A stretch of 64,000 nucleotides of DNA, from contig CAVSHB010000001.1 in the NCBI GenBank assembly GCA_963727775.1, positions 1,088,001 through 1,152,000 on the forward strand, written 5' to 3'. Source of the DNA: an uncultured Nitrospiraceae bacterium (lineage in GTDB: Bacteria; Nitrospirota; Thermodesulfovibrionia; Thermodesulfovibrionales; SM23-35). A program made the position numbers and the translations under genes. Numbering within the stretch: the first letter of the stretch is position 1; each line of letters begins with the position of its first letter. Below the pieces are notes generated by a model that made no database searches, had not been told where the DNA came from, and was given only the letters and a program-made list of their open reading frames with translations. Shown one piece after another: positions 41,901 to 50,619 of this stretch.

Positions 41901-42580
41901 ACAACGGATTCATAAAAGGGCATGGTTTTGGAAAAGAAGGAAAATATGCTCTTATATCGTTGACCGATACAGGCGCCGGCATGGAAAGAGAGACAAGGGA
42001 GAAAATATTTGAACCTTTCTTCACTACAAAAGAAGTCGGTAAGGGTACAGGACTTGGGCTTGCCATGGTATACGGGATAATCAAACAGCATGAAGGACAT
42101 ATCAATGTTTACAGTGAACTGGGTAGAGGGACCACGTTCAGAATTTATTTACCGTTGATACGGGCAGAGGCAGAAGAGATAAAACCTGAAGCTATACAAA
42201 CTGTTGAAAAAGGCACGGAGACAGTGCTGTTGGCAGAGGATGAAACTGAGGTAAGGGAATTCACAAGGGAATTGCTTGAAGAAAATGGTTATCAGGTAAT
42301 AACCGCGATAGATGGTCAGGATGCTATAAACAAATTCAAGGGGTACAAGAATGAAATTCAGTTTGTACTCCTTGATGTAATAATGCCGAACAAGAACGGT
42401 AAAGAGGCGTATGATGAGATCAAGCAAATAAAGCCTGATATCAAGGTGCTGTTTATGAGTGGATATCCGGCAGATATCATTCACAAACACGGGATTATTG
42501 AAAAAGGATTTGCATATATCGAAAAACCTGCTTCACCGACAAAGCTTTTGAGAAAAATAAGAGAAATTCTGGGTAAATAA
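38981..42580 (+). CDS. Hybrid PAS/GAF sensor histidine kinase-response regulator
   Basis: Multiple PAS/PAC, GAF, AGGIAHDFNNIL, FFTTKEVGKGTGLGL, receiver LLDVIMP. Confidence 0.93.
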   Translation: MPKEEKPDTTSNKIKHPGNETESYYRTIFEQSPDGMLIIDTMGKIIEFNEAACRHLGYSREEFSKLSISDIDSDQTPEEIEETIKRILRDGRAEFEVRHRTKKGEIRNVLVITQVINLSGRTVFNCIWKDITDRRRADAALQASEKLYRLLAENSTDIVTRHLPDSTYLYVSPACRTLFGYEPEELVGTKAFDQIHPEDVNRVIALTQEAIKTGGTNMGQYRHRKKDGRYIWVETVGKVIKNAVTGNVEDIICVVRDITKRKRTEEELRKMNRTLRALNNSSLAMMRAKDETSYLNEVCRIIVEDCGHALVWIGYAEEDEGKTVRPVAFAGFDEGYIKALNVTWADKERGRGPVGTAIRTGQPSVFRNMLSDPRFAPWREDALKRGYTASVGLPLIADGKAFGSITIYSRDPDPFSDEEVRLLADLADDLAYGINLIRLRTTHVKAEEELRQSEEHYRTLFENMLNGYAYCRMLYEDGVPQDFIYLDVNPAFEKLTGLKDVVGRKVSEVIPGIQESDRELLEIYGRVAYTGIPERIETYIKALDMWFWISVYSSQKEHFVAVFDVITERKKAEDELSLFKTLINQANDAIFVIDPVTGRFLDANAKACNNLGYDREELFKMTVLDIDDIVIPDIVSWKAHADNVKNEGHVFLEGRHKRKDGTTYPVEVNVKYVSLEKSDYMVAVARDITERKQAEEALQKSEKKYKDLFDSTLDGIYQIDADGVFILLNPAGAKMFGYESPDEIIGRKGLEYWRDPMDRDVFREELKIKKSVSGYHMKLKKKNGEPIEFETSSTIKEDEKGAFLGMEGILRDVTERRKLEDQLLHAQKMEAVGQLAGGIAHDFNNILTAMTGYGHLLKMKLKEEDPLRSYADNILLLSDKAANLTKSLLAFSRKQIINPRPIDLNEIIKRIDHLLSRIIGEDIRLQTTLSEKALIVMADPGQAEQVLMNLATNARDAMPKGGILTIRTEIVAIDNGFIKGHGFGKEGKYALISLTDTGAGMERETREKIFEPFFTTKEVGKGTGLGLAMVYGIIKQHEGHINVYSELGRGTTFRIYLPLIRAEAEEIKPEAIQTVEKGTETVLLAEDETEVREFTRELLEENGYQVITAIDGQDAINKFKGYKNEIQFVLLDVIMPNKNGKEAYDEIKQIKPDIKVLFMSGYPADIIHKHGIIEKGFAYIEKPASPTKLLRKIREILGK

Positions 42581-42856
42581 ATCCTGAAAGTCAATCGAGA
42601 TAATCTTGTAGTTTGACATCTATCATGTGCAAGATACATTCAAAAGTAAAACTATAGGCACAGTTCGCAATCCCAACCAGGCTTTGAGTTTGCGAATATT
42701 CAAATAAGTTTTCTTCGCATTCAACGCGCTGCCTTTTTTAGGGCAGGTGTCGCTGGAATAGAAAAGGAATATACCTGATACTATAGATATATTCCTTTTG
42801 TTTCAAGAAAAGCTGCACAGGGTAAATCGGGGGAGGCTTTCTGCTCCACCCGACTA

Positions 42857-43366
42857 TTATCTCTCTCTATGCTCCTCGCGTCGTTCTTCCCTTCTTTCTC
42901 CGTGCCTTCCATCCCGTCGCTCCTCATGTTTTCCTTGCCGCCAATGTTCGTCTTTTTCCCAGTATTTATTCTTTTCCCATCTTTTCCAGTTTTTGTTGAA
43001 TTCTTTATAGGGAATATGTCTGTATCCGGGCGGAATATGACGATATTCCGGCGGCAGTTCTATTAAGGCACCCGGAACTCTTGCGGGTGCAATAAAGCCC
43101 CACGGACCGTTATAAGCCCTGGATCTGAACCAGCGACCTTCATAAGGGCGGTACCAAAAGCCGTGATAAAACAAAACATCAACGTCAACATCGGGGACAA
43201 AGTAAACATAAGACCCGGGGACCACCACCAGAGAAGGCGGCGCGGCAAACTCATAGGCCGGGATATTGATCCCTATGCCGATATCCACTCGCGCATCGCT
43301 TTGGGCTGAAAGACCCGTCAGAATCAGCAATGCTGCTCCGACAACCAAAAAACCTAACTTCTTCAT
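42857..43366 (-). CDS. Exported Trp/Tyr/Pro-rich hypothetical protein with a charged low-complexity tail
   Basis: AAGGAG RBS, signal peptide MKKLGFLVVGAALL..., RVDIGIGINIP, R/E/H-rich C-terminus. Confidence 0.75.
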   Translation of the reverse strand: MKKLGFLVVGAALLILTGLSAQSDARVDIGIGINIPAYEFAAPPSLVVVPGSYVYFVPDVDVDVLFYHGFWYRPYEGRWFRSRAYNGPWGFIAPARVPGALIELPPEYRHIPPGYRHIPYKEFNKNWKRWEKNKYWEKDEHWRQGKHEERRDGRHGERREERREEHRER

Positions 43367-43418
43367 AACACATTCTCCTTTCAGAAATTGAAATATTTTC
43401 TTATTATACATAACGGAA

Positions 43419-43661
43419 CTATTTTTTCTTCCTTTTCATCAGTCTCTCGTATTTTTCCGCTCCGACACACTCCCTTGCGGCAGGGCACCACTCAAGGCAG
43501 GTAGGCCTCATTTCACGAGATATTGTTTTTTTGCAATTCTTGCAGACGATCTCTGTCTCATCCGACCAAATCTCCGAAGCGGCGTCACACCAGAAACACT
43601 TTATCTCTTCAGGATAAGGAGTTTTGATCTCTCTGTTTCCGGGACAACTTTCTTTCAACAT
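43419..43661 (-). CDS. Small Cys-rich (zinc-ribbon-like) protein
   Basis: CPG, CFWC, CKNC, CLEWC..AREC. Confidence 0.7.
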   Translation of the reverse strand: MLKESCPGNREIKTPYPEEIKCFWCDAASEIWSDETEIVCKNCKKTISREMRPTCLEWCPAARECVGAEKYERLMKRKKK

Positions 43662-43665
43662 ACAA

Positions 43666-44040
43666 TTATTTTACGGTCGCTTTGAGAAAAAGAGAAATTA
43701 TATGTTTTTTGGGATCATTCGTAAAAACCTGAATATTCTTGGTGATAGGTCCGACCCTTCCCTTAATATCGACCTTCGCGGTAATCTTACCCTTTTCTCC
43801 AGGCTTCAAGCGGCCCGAACTGGCCACTGCGGCTGCACACCCTCAGGAAGGGACCAGTTTTTCAATGACGAGTTCTTTGTCCCCTTCATTTGTAAAACTA
43901 AATGTATGTTCTATTTCATTATTCTGCGCTACTGTTCCCAAATCAAAGGTTTCCGCATCGAATACTATGGAAGGCTGTGCATAAGATATCACAGGAAAAA
44001 GCAGTAAAAAACCGATCAATAAAAACTTTTTCATATACAT
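43666..44040 (-). CDS. DUF1573-like exported Ig-fold protein, probable selenoprotein (UGA at 43843-43845)
   Basis: Frame reads through TGA: ...FDLGTV...HTFSFTNEGDKELVIEKLVPS-U-GCAAAVASSGRLKPGEKGKITAKVDIKGRVGPITKNIQVFTNDPKKHIISLFLKATVK*. UGA aligns with the first Cys of the family SCGC motif, and a hairpin follows. Confidence 0.8.
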
Positions 44041-44075
44041 ATATTACACCATCCCTAAAAAATATTCATTGATAA

Positions 44076-44177
44076 GAGTCTGTTTATAAACTGCAATTCC
44101 GAAAGAGTCGTCATTCCCGTGGAAACGGGAATCCATTTTTTCAAGGTTTCTGGATCCCCGCCTGCGCGGGAATGACG
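44076..44177. repeat. REP/MITE-like palindromic element
   Basis: GTCATTCCCGTGGAAACGGGAATCCA ... TGGATCCCCGCCTGCGCGGGAATGAC inverted pair, preceded by GAGTCTGTTTATAAACT. Confidence 0.75.
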
Positions 44178-44263
44178 AACAAAGACCCAAAAGCGGGGAG
44201 CTCCAACGCTGCTTGAGTATTAACTTATTCGGATGTTTTCAGTTATATTGAATAGATAACCAG

Positions 44264-46783
44264 ATGCAGGAATTCATTAAGATAAAAGGTGCAAGAGAGC
44301 ATAATCTCAAAAATATCGATGTTGCCATACCCAGAGAGGCGTTAACGGTCATAACAGGCCCTTCGGGATCAGGCAAATCATCTTTGGCCATTGATACAAT
44401 TTATGCAGAAGGCCAGAGGCGCTATGTTGAAAGCCTTTCCTCATATGCCAGGCAGTTCATCGAGCAGCTCCGCAAACCTGATGTAGATTATATCGAGGGG
44501 CTCTCCCCTTCTATTTCGATAGACCAGAAAACGGTTATTAAAAGTCCCCGCTCTACGGTCGGCACTATAACCGGGATATATGATTACATGCGCGTCCTTT
44601 ATACGAGAATAGGAAAACAGTATTGCTATGACTGCGGCTCTGCGATAACAAAACAGGATTCATCCAACATTATTCATTCCGTCATGTCTCTCCCTCAGGG
44701 CAGCAGGATCCAGATACTGTCGCCTATTGTCAGGGACAGGAAAGGTGAATACAAAAAAGAGCTCCAGGAAATGCGGCGCGAAGGTTTTATCAGGGCACGG
44801 ATAGACGGGGAAATGACTGATTTAACACAAGACATCACACTGAAAAAGCATAAGCGCCACACTATTGAGATTGTCATAGACAGGCTTATCTTAAAGCAGG
44901 GCATCGAACGCCAGATAAAAGACGCGATAGATATGGCACTCGGTTATGCGGATATCGTTGTAATAAATCTCATAGCCGGGAACCGGGATATTCTCTTTTC
45001 TAAAACCGCCGTCTGCCCTAAGTGCGGAATAAGCTACCCGGATATGAACCCTATGTTCTTCTCATTCAACAGCAGGCAGGGCTCCTGTTCAAGATGTAAG
45101 GGGCTTGGCTTTGAAAACGTTGACGAGGATTCTGTTGAGCTTAATGAAGCCGGATACTGCAGGCTCTGCAATGGACTGAGATTAAGGAAGGAAGCCCTGA
45201 GCGTAAAAGTACAGGACGTAAACATAGGTGAATTTTCAAGACTGCCGGTGAAAGACGCTATTCTTTTCATCAAGAACCTGAAACTTACCGAAAGAGAACA
45301 GACAATCGCATCGCGTATTCTCAAGGAAGTTAAAGACAGGCTGTATTTCATGGAAAAAGTAGGCCTCGGCTATCTCGCGATCGACAGGTCGTCTTTGACC
45401 CTCTCAGGCGGAGAGTCACAGAGGATAAGACTTGCAACCCAACTCGGCTCTTCATTGACCGGGGTACTCTATATACTCGATGAACCGAGCATAGGCATGC
45501 ATCCGAGGGATTGTGTAAAACTCCTTGAAAGCCTTTCAGCCATCAGAGATGCAGGCAATACTGTTATAGTCGTCGAGCATGACGAGGAAACGATAAGATG
45601 GGCCGATTATATCATTGACATGGGGCCCGGCGCTGGTCTCAGGGGCGGCTGGGTCGTGGCTTCAGGGAATCCCTATGAAATAGAAAAAAATGAAAGCTCT
45701 ATCACAGGGGAATACCTCAGCGGATCGGTGTCGATAGATATTCCTTCTGCCAGAAGAAGACCGAAAGATTTTTTAACGATCGTTGGAGCACAGGAATTCA
45801 ATCTTAAGAATGTAACCGTAAATATACCTTTGGGGACCTTTATCTGCGTAACAGGGGTTTCCGGTTCGGGTAAAAGCACCCTTACAATCGAAATACTCTA
45901 TAAAGCGCTCTGCCGGGAACTATACGGAAGCAGACCTGTCCCTGGCAGATACAAGGAAATAACGGGCATGAATAAAGTCGACCGGGTAATAAGCGTCGAT
46001 CAATCACCACTGGGAAAAACTCCCAGGTCCAATCCTGCTACATACACAGGGATATTTTCATTTATTCGGCAGCTTTTCGCCCAGGTCTCAGATTCAAGAG
46101 TACGTGGATATTCTGCTTCCAGGTTCAGTTTCAATCTATCAGGCGGCAGATGTGAAGCGTGCAAAGGAGACGGACTGGTCAAGGTTGAGATGCATTTCCT
46201 GCCGGACGTGTATATACCATGCGATACCTGTAAGGGGAAAAGATACAACAGAGAAACACTTGAGGTCAGATATAAGGGCAAGAATATTGCGGAGGTCCTT
46301 GAGATGACCATATCCGAGGCCCTCCAGTTTTTCTTATCAATCCCTCAGATAAGACAAAAACTTGAAGTGCTGGAAGATGTTGGACTCGGATATCTCCAGC
46401 TCGGGCAGCCCGCGTCGACTTTGTCGGGCGGGGAGGCGCAGAGGGTAAGGCTCTCCAAAGAGCTGGGTAAAAAATCAGGAGGCAATACACTTTATGTGCT
46501 TGATGAACCGACAACAGGGCTCCATTTTGTCGATATCCAGAAATTGCTCGGCGTCATAAACACCCTCGTTGATTCAGGTAACACGGTTATCATTATTGAA
46601 CACAATCTCGATGTAATAAAATCGGCAGACTATATCATAGACCTCGGGCCTGAGGGCGGAGACGATGGCGGATCGGTCGTCGCAGCAGGCACGCCGGAAG
46701 AGGTCAGCAAGAATCCGAAGTCCCATACCGGCAGGTTTCTGAAAACTAAACTCCTCGGGCCGGGACAGTCGAAGGTAGCATGA
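44264..46783 (+). CDS. uvrA: Excinuclease ABC subunit A
   Basis: GAREHNLKN, GPSGSGKSSLA, EGQRRYVES, two ABC domains with zinc fingers. Confidence 0.96.
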   Translation: MQEFIKIKGAREHNLKNIDVAIPREALTVITGPSGSGKSSLAIDTIYAEGQRRYVESLSSYARQFIEQLRKPDVDYIEGLSPSISIDQKTVIKSPRSTVGTITGIYDYMRVLYTRIGKQYCYDCGSAITKQDSSNIIHSVMSLPQGSRIQILSPIVRDRKGEYKKELQEMRREGFIRARIDGEMTDLTQDITLKKHKRHTIEIVIDRLILKQGIERQIKDAIDMALGYADIVVINLIAGNRDILFSKTAVCPKCGISYPDMNPMFFSFNSRQGSCSRCKGLGFENVDEDSVELNEAGYCRLCNGLRLRKEALSVKVQDVNIGEFSRLPVKDAILFIKNLKLTEREQTIASRILKEVKDRLYFMEKVGLGYLAIDRSSLTLSGGESQRIRLATQLGSSLTGVLYILDEPSIGMHPRDCVKLLESLSAIRDAGNTVIVVEHDEETIRWADYIIDMGPGAGLRGGWVVASGNPYEIEKNESSITGEYLSGSVSIDIPSARRRPKDFLTIVGAQEFNLKNVTVNIPLGTFICVTGVSGSGKSTLTIEILYKALCRELYGSRPVPGRYKEITGMNKVDRVISVDQSPLGKTPRSNPATYTGIFSFIRQLFAQVSDSRVRGYSASRFSFNLSGGRCEACKGDGLVKVEMHFLPDVYIPCDTCKGKRYNRETLEVRYKGKNIAEVLEMTISEALQFFLSIPQIRQKLEVLEDVGLGYLQLGQPASTLSGGEAQRVRLSKELGKKSGGNTLYVLDEPTTGLHFVDIQKLLGVINTLVDSGNTVIIIEHNLDVIKSADYIIDLGPEGGDDGGSVVAAGTPEEVSKNPKSHTGRFLKTKLLGPGQSKVA

Positions 46784-46816
46784 AAGAAAAAAAAGCAGAC
46801 AGCAGACGACATTTCA

Positions 46817-47394
46817 TAACTATTACACCCTGCGGTCTCTGCCGCAGTTCCGATGTACGTAGCGCAGTTGGAGGAAAATACCAGTAGGTTGATAGAATAC
46901 CTATGGGATGGTAGATATTGAGCAGGACATATGGCGGTGGTATCACAATATTTCGGAGTGTTACTATCACATACAAATAACGGTGAAGTATCGGAAAGCA
47001 CTTTTGGACAAGAAAGTAGAAGGAGCGATAGTAGAAGCTCTGAAAGGAATAAAAGAGAGGTATGCGATAGAGATCAGTACAATTGGATTTGATCAAAACC
47101 ATATGCATATACTGTGTCGATATTTACCGAAATATTCAGGAGGTCAGGTAATCAAGATAATAAAGAGTATAAGCGGGAAGAAAGTATTTGAAGAAAATCC
47201 TGAGGTGAAAAAAGATCTATGGGGAGGAGAGTTTTGGACAGATGGGTACTATATCGCAACGATCAGCGGCAAAGGGAATAAACAAGTAATTGAGAAATAC
47301 ATAAGAAATCAAGGAAGAGGCAAAGACCTTGAGCAGGTCAGGCTGTTTGAATTTTGACTTTGACGCCCTGCGGTCTCTGCCGCAGGGTTCTTCA
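46817..47394 (+). mobile_element. IS200/IS605-family element (tnpA only)
   Basis: Subterminal hairpin CCCTGCGGTCTCTGCCGCAG at 46828-46847 and 47366-47385; ends are approximate (TTCA at both junctions). Confidence 0.85.
46908..47357 (+). CDS. tnpA: IS200/IS605 Y1 transposase
   Basis: YHIQITVKYRK, NHMHIL (HUH), KSISG, LWGGEFWTDGYY, YIRNQ. Confidence 0.93.
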   Translation: MVDIEQDIWRWYHNISECYYHIQITVKYRKALLDKKVEGAIVEALKGIKERYAIEISTIGFDQNHMHILCRYLPKYSGGQVIKIIKSISGKKVFEENPEVKKDLWGGEFWTDGYYIATISGKGNKQVIEKYIRNQGRGKDLEQVRLFEF

Positions 47395-48157
47395 CATTCT
47401 GTAATAAAGTGGACATCAATAAATTCTGTCCACTGTTTATTGTGTGCTGTCTAATGCTCGCTTTCATTTCATGCGCGCACCGGAATGAGCGGATCTTTAA
47501 GAAGAGCAGGATCCTGATGGATACATTGGTTACGATTACGGTCGTCTCGAATTCAACGGAGAGCGCCGATAAAGCAATTGACGCTGCGTTCTCAGATAGT
47601 AAATTACAGGTACCTTATCATCGACCAAAATAGCTCTACTTGCTTCCTCAGAAAAAAAGGCATGCTTATTGATCCGGGAGGGATCACAAAGGGATATGCC
47701 GCAGATAAGGCAGTTGAGACTTTGAAAAAGCAGGGCATACGTTCAGGCATTGTCTCCGTCGCAGGGGAAATCAAAACATTCGGTTTAAAGCCCGACGGAA
47801 AACCGTGGAAGGTAGGAATTAGAAACCCAAGGGCAAAAAACAATGAAGATGACATAATGGCAACTATTGAACTCAATGATACGGCCATATCCACTTCCGG
47901 AGACTATGAAAGGTGCTTCTTACTCGACGGCATAAGATACCACCATCTGCTTGACCCGGCGACAGGCCGGCCAGGCAGGCAATGCCGCAGCGTAAGTGTT
48001 ATAACAAAACAAGGTACATTTACCGACGCATTCGCAACCGGTGTGTTTATCCTCGGCCCTGACAGGGGAATAAAGGTCCTCGAAAATCTTGGGTTTGACG
48101 GGATTATAATAGACAGCCTGGGGAAAATATATATGACTCCCGGCATCAGGGGAAAGG

Positions 48158-48544
48158 TTGAATTTAAAAAGTCTGTTTAACCGCATGACAGTCGCCGATA
48201 AGGTCCTTTTTTATCTGCTCATATTGTTTTCCTTATCAGGGATTATTTTTATAAAGCAGGTCATTCCTGAATCCCGCACAGTCAGCATAGAGGTCGACGG
48301 GCATCCTGTTTATATTCTGCCGGTTGATAAAAATACTATAGTGTATGTTGATGGTCCTGAGGGCAAAACATTTGTTGAGATAAAGGACCGCGGTGTACGG
48401 ATCACCGAATCGCCATGTCGCAACAAACTCTGCGTGCAGCAGGGATGGGTCAAAAAAGGTTCAATAGTCTGCCTTCCAAACAGGGTTGTCGTTACGATCG
48501 GCAATCAGGAAGACAACAAAACGGTTGATGCAACTTCAGGATAA
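48158..48544 (+). CDS. NusG domain II (DUF1312) protein
   Basis: N-terminal TM, ESPCRNKLCVQQGW..IVCLPNRVVV. Confidence 0.88.
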   Translation: MNLKSLFNRMTVADKVLFYLLILFSLSGIIFIKQVIPESRTVSIEVDGHPVYILPVDKNTIVYVDGPEGKTFVEIKDRGVRITESPCRNKLCVQQGWVKKGSIVCLPNRVVVTIGNQEDNKTVDATSG

Positions 48545-49055
48545 ATACCGCATAGCGCTGCTTGCCGCCTACGCGTTGGGACTGCATAGTCTGGAAAGCT
48601 TGCTCCCATCGCCGGTACCGTGGATGAAACTCGGCATCGCAAACATCATCACATTGATAACGTTGCTTTTGTACGGCATGCGTCCTGCTATCCTTGTAAC
48701 TCTTATAAGGGTAATTCTTGCTTCATTATTCACAGGCACATTTCTCGGTCCGGCCTTCATGCTCAGCCTGAGCGGAGGTATTGCAAGCACCGCAGCCATG
48801 GGGCTTTTATTGTCCGTAGCTCCGAGGTTGTTCAGCGCTGTCGGCTTGAGTATTATCGGCGCTTTGGCCCATAATATCGCCCAGCTGATCCTCGCTTATT
48901 TTTTGTTAATTCAGAGGATTGAAGCAATACTTTTAATAAGTCCTGTCATAATCCTTATAGGAACACTTACAGGCACTGTAAATGGTGTTATATCCGATCT
49001 TTTGATGAAAAACTTGAAAAAACCTGTGCAAAAGATACAGAATGTGAACAAATAA
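48528..49055 (+). CDS. Gx transporter family (heptaprenyl-PP synthase component I-like) membrane protein
   Basis: LESLLPSPVPWMKLGIANI, LSLSGG, GLSIIGALAHNIAQL. Confidence 0.88.
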   Translation: MQLQDKYRIALLAAYALGLHSLESLLPSPVPWMKLGIANIITLITLLLYGMRPAILVTLIRVILASLFTGTFLGPAFMLSLSGGIASTAAMGLLLSVAPRLFSAVGLSIIGALAHNIAQLILAYFLLIQRIEAILLISPVIILIGTLTGTVNGVISDLLMKNLKKPVQKIQNVNK

Positions 49056-49073
49056 TGGTAGGTGCGACTTTAT

Positions 49074-49238
49074 ATGCAGATCATCTGTCCGATATGTAAG
49101 AAAAAGACCACATGGGAAGAAAATTCCTGGAGGCCCTTTTGTTCCGAAAGGTGCAAATTAATAGACCTCGGCAAATGGGTCTCAGAAGAGTATAAAATTG
49201 AAGGAGAAAAAAAGCCGGAGACGGTAGACAGTGAATAG
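49074..49238 (+). CDS. yacG: DNA gyrase inhibitor YacG
   Basis: Hand translation [42 protein letters not shown]...; below the ORF-track size cutoff. Confidence 0.92.
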   Translation: MQIICPICKKKTTWEENSWRPFCSERCKLIDLGKWVSEEYKIEGEKKPETVDSE

Positions 49239-49310
49239 AAGGTGGATTTGATTTTGTCCTGTATTCTGTCTACTATATTACTAAATCTGTATTTATAAGG
49301 GGAGGCCGTC

Positions 49311-50114
49311 ATGATTAAGATAGCTGTAGCAGGAGCAGCAGGAAGAATGGGAAGCAGGATCACTGCTCTCTCAAAAGAATATGAAGGGCTTCAATTGGCA
49401 GGGGCATTTGAGAGAAAGGGCCATAAAGATATAGGGAAGGATGTCGGGATGATGCTCGGCATCGGAGAAACCGGCGTGTTACTATCTGACGGTATTGAAC
49501 GGGTAATCGACAACGTTGATATGGTTATTTCCTTCACGACAGTAGAGGCATCACTTGAACAACTGGAACTTGCGTCTTCAAAAGGCAAGGCCATGGTTAT
49601 AGGCACAACCGGTTTCTCGAAAGACGCATTGGCAAAAGTGGCTGAACTTACGAAGAAAATACCCTGCGTGATGGCATCCAATATGAGCACCGGAGTCAAC
49701 CTGCTTTTAAAGGTATTACAGGATATTGCAAGGGTACTCGGAGAAGGTTATGATATCGAGATCATCGAGGCACACCACAGGATGAAAAAGGACGCACCGA
49801 GCGGGACCGCACTGAAGATGGCGCAGGTCATCGCAGATGCCGTAAACAGAAATCTTGACGAGGTTGCCGTTTATGCGAGAAAAGGCATCATCGGCGAAAG
49901 AAAGGCAAAAGAGATCGGGATACAAACTATCCGTGCCGGCGATATTGTCGGAGAACATACAGTCATATTCGGCGGTCTCGGGGAGAGGATCGAGGTAACG
50001 CATAAGGCATCAAGCAGAGACACCTTCGCAAGAGGAGCATTAAGGGCCGCTTCATGGGTTTACGGAAAACCGGCCGGGTTGTATGATATGCAGGACGTTC
50101 TGGGATTGAAATAA
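49311..50114 (+). CDS. dapB: 4-hydroxy-tetrahydrodipicolinate reductase
   Basis: GAAGRMG, VIGTTG, EAHHRMKKDAPSGTA, RAGDIVGEH. Confidence 0.96.
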   Translation: MIKIAVAGAAGRMGSRITALSKEYEGLQLAGAFERKGHKDIGKDVGMMLGIGETGVLLSDGIERVIDNVDMVISFTTVEASLEQLELASSKGKAMVIGTTGFSKDALAKVAELTKKIPCVMASNMSTGVNLLLKVLQDIARVLGEGYDIEIIEAHHRMKKDAPSGTALKMAQVIADAVNRNLDEVAVYARKGIIGERKAKEIGIQTIRAGDIVGEHTVIFGGLGERIEVTHKASSRDTFARGALRAASWVYGKPAGLYDMQDVLGLK

Positions 50115-50192
50115 AAACAGATCGGGGGGAAAATATTATAAAATTACATCGGCTATAATACAAAGGCTGCGCAACAAATAATAGTTACGGTT

Positions 50193-50534
50193 CTAAAACA
50201 TTGACCTGACCCTTCCAGTTCTTTTATCGATAAGGATCAGGTCTATCATAGCATCATTTTTGTTCTTAATCTCCGCCACAAAAAAATGGGCCCTTTCTCT
50301 GATCGTTATGGTTTTTATGTTAGTATTATGCACAAAGATGTGTTCGAGGATCTCCTTTGCCTCCACAGGCGTTTTTACTTCTCTCCTCGCTCCGTACCAA
50401 CCCCATTTATCACTGTGTATGAAATATCCGTAAGTAGGCTGACATTCAATATATACCTGCCCGGCATTCGATATGCCGGCCATTGAAATAAGTCCGATGA
50501 ATAAAATTGAACAGGTCAAAAACGTTTTGTCCAT
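50193..50534 (-). CDS. Small exported protein (PepSY-like C-terminus)
   Basis: GGAGG RBS, signal peptide, FFVAEI...LILIDKRTGRVRSM. Confidence 0.65.
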   Translation of the reverse strand: MDKTFLTCSILFIGLISMAGISNAGQVYIECQPTYGYFIHSDKWGWYGARREVKTPVEAKEILEHIFVHNTNIKTITIRERAHFFVAEIKNKNDAMIDLILIDKRTGRVRSMF

Positions 50535-50581
50535 GAAACTGTCGGCCTCCTTATCTTAAGTTTAAGAATAACAAAGGAATG

Positions 50582-50619
50582 TGAAGAGGTATTGAAGGAA
50601 TTATGAAGATATTGTGAAG
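50582..50619 (-). promoter_or_regulatory. Four tandem OmpR/PhoB-type boxes (TGAAG, 11-bp period)
   Basis: TGAAG at 50582, 50593, 50604 and 50615, upstream of the exported-protein gene and overlapping the kinase stop. Confidence 0.65.

Larger units (their letters stand above)
46780..48180 (+). pseudogene. apbE: FAD:protein FMN transferase ApbE, split by IS200/IS605 and internally deleted
   Basis: The N-terminus (ATG 46780, overlapping the uvrA stop) rejoins in frame after the IS with lipobox FISC and MDTLVTITV. It then frameshifts at about 47595 into IDPGGITKGYAAD...STSGDYER...HHLLDP...TDAFATG; the intervening ApbE segment is missing. Confidence 0.8.
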
